Below are positions 62,870 through 64,000 of a stretch of DNA of 64,000 nucleotides, piece by piece; position 1 is the stretch's first letter; each line of letters starts with the position of its first letter. Made by a program: the position numbers and the translations under genes. This stretch comes from Lophium mytilinum (Eukaryota): assembly GCA_010093605.1 (NCBI GenBank), contig MU004195.1, forward strand, positions 372,001 to 436,000, in the 5' to 3' direction. The notes beneath the pieces were generated by a model, which saw nothing but the letters and a program-made list of their open reading frames with translations, was not told where the DNA came from and searched no databases.

Positions 62870-63984
62870 TCATCCGCCCGGTGTCCCAGGGCCTAACTCA
62901 TGAAGAATCCTCTCCGTCGGCAACTCGGTAGGCTCCCTCTCAGCCTGCAACTCCAGTAATCCACCGTTTTCTACTAAAACGGGCATCTCTTGAGGCATCA
63001 AATTCTTTTTCCCGTTGGGGGGGATCTCCGCGTACTGTACATCGGTCGTGGAGACCACACCAAGCTTACGCTGCTGCTATCTACGCCATAAAAGATAGCC
63101 CCATCCAAGCAGGAGAGCCAGGACAGCTACACCGACGCCAATTCCAGCTTTTGCGCCTGTGGGGAAGGCCGAATGGGGTTGCGGCGAAGTAGACAAGGTC
63201 GGTGCCGCTGTAATGGTACTGGTCATTGACGAGCTTTGGCTCGTGATGGTGGTGATGGCAGGGGCGTCGAACCTGAAGCCGGGGCGGTCGGTGCTATTCC
63301 AGTTTAGCTGGAAAAGGGGCGCCGCGAATAACATCGTGCTGACACCACTCAAGGGATATGTGGTACTCGTGGCTGTCGGAGTGCCAGATTCGCAGATGGT
63401 GGCGAGATACTGCGCGGGATCCTCAGTCGAGGCGGCGGACTGGCACGTTTGGCCCCCGCCGTAGCCAACACGCGAGGCACAGGTGTATTCGTTGTATTTG
63501 GTGTTAATGTGAATTCTAGCCACGAAAGGCGCAGACGAGGAAAAGGGCATATTGATTGAGATATGGGTGCATGAAGCAAAACATGAACATACGTTGGACA
63601 ACATCCAACAGCTGTCTCGCCAACGCCCAACGCAAACTGAGGCTTGAAAGGCGTTGATAGCAGTAACGATGTGGTAGCGAGTCCTTCCAAAGTTTGTGAT
63701 ATATTGGTGCATGCTGTGATATAGCCAACTGGGCAGATTAGTCCCGGGCTGTAGAAGCCCCACCCATTTAGCGGAGTTGGTGTCGTAATTGTACTGATTG
63801 CTGAAGGCCAGCAAGACGCCCAGTCATGAAGGATAGTATGGCACTGCTGAGCTCTCCAGGCATTGGAGCACGTCGAACATTGGAGGAAAGTCGTATCGCA
63901 GCCTGGTGGCGGGGTGAAAGTAGTTGTTAACGAGTTGATATTTATGCCTTGACCTGTGAGGGCTGTTGTGATGGCGGCAGCCAT
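62870..63984 (-). pseudogene. Cys-rich/Ser-Thr-stalk single-pass membrane protein with a premature TAG (63079-63077) just after the TM helix
   Basis: LTTTFTPPPGC, FYSPGLICPVGY, ETAVGCCP, YTC, APLFQLNW and TM GAKAGIGVGVAVLALLLGWGYLLW. The frame continues after the stop into an EL-motif tail ending at 62870. Confidence 0.7.
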
Positions 63985-64000
63985 AAGTAAAGTGTGTATT

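Noticed and set aside
24834..63079. Genome-wide stop-codon reassignment to explain the in-frame stops
   Set aside because: Intact genes here end normally in TAG, TGA and TAA, and the lesions include frameshifts and splice-site loss.

Overview
This is 64 kb of intron-containing DNA from a filamentous ascomycete (GT/GC-AG introns with CTRAC branch points; RIP-like C>T/G>A decay in repeats). Conserved single-copy genes are an MMTAG2-like gene, MED6, an Asx-homology-domain gene, SEC22 and a DUF2011 gene. Accessory genes are a Kex2-repeat Cys-rich secreted protein, two SDRs, a Mae1/SLAC1 transporter, a laccase, a Zn2Cys6 TF, a PTH11-like protein, a LaeA-like methyltransferase, a caspase-fold protein, an NmrA-like protein and a PptH/Rv2795c-like metallophosphoesterase. 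About 15 kb (12.75-27.8 kb) contains no fully intact gene; it holds a HET remnant, an NmrA pseudogene and a SET-MYND gene with one TAG at a Trp-like position. The most unusual part is 50.7-61.1 kb. It carries a TIR-bounded element family with an expandable 150-bp internal repeat, two tandem orphan paralogs sharing an unnamed ~230-250 aa domain (one with 8 N/Q/F-rich repeats), a disrupted PD-(D/E)XK gene, and a LeuRS-derived gene lacking its catalytic core. All family calls come from manual translation and motif recall; no searches were run. No rRNA, tRNA or CRISPR array was seen.
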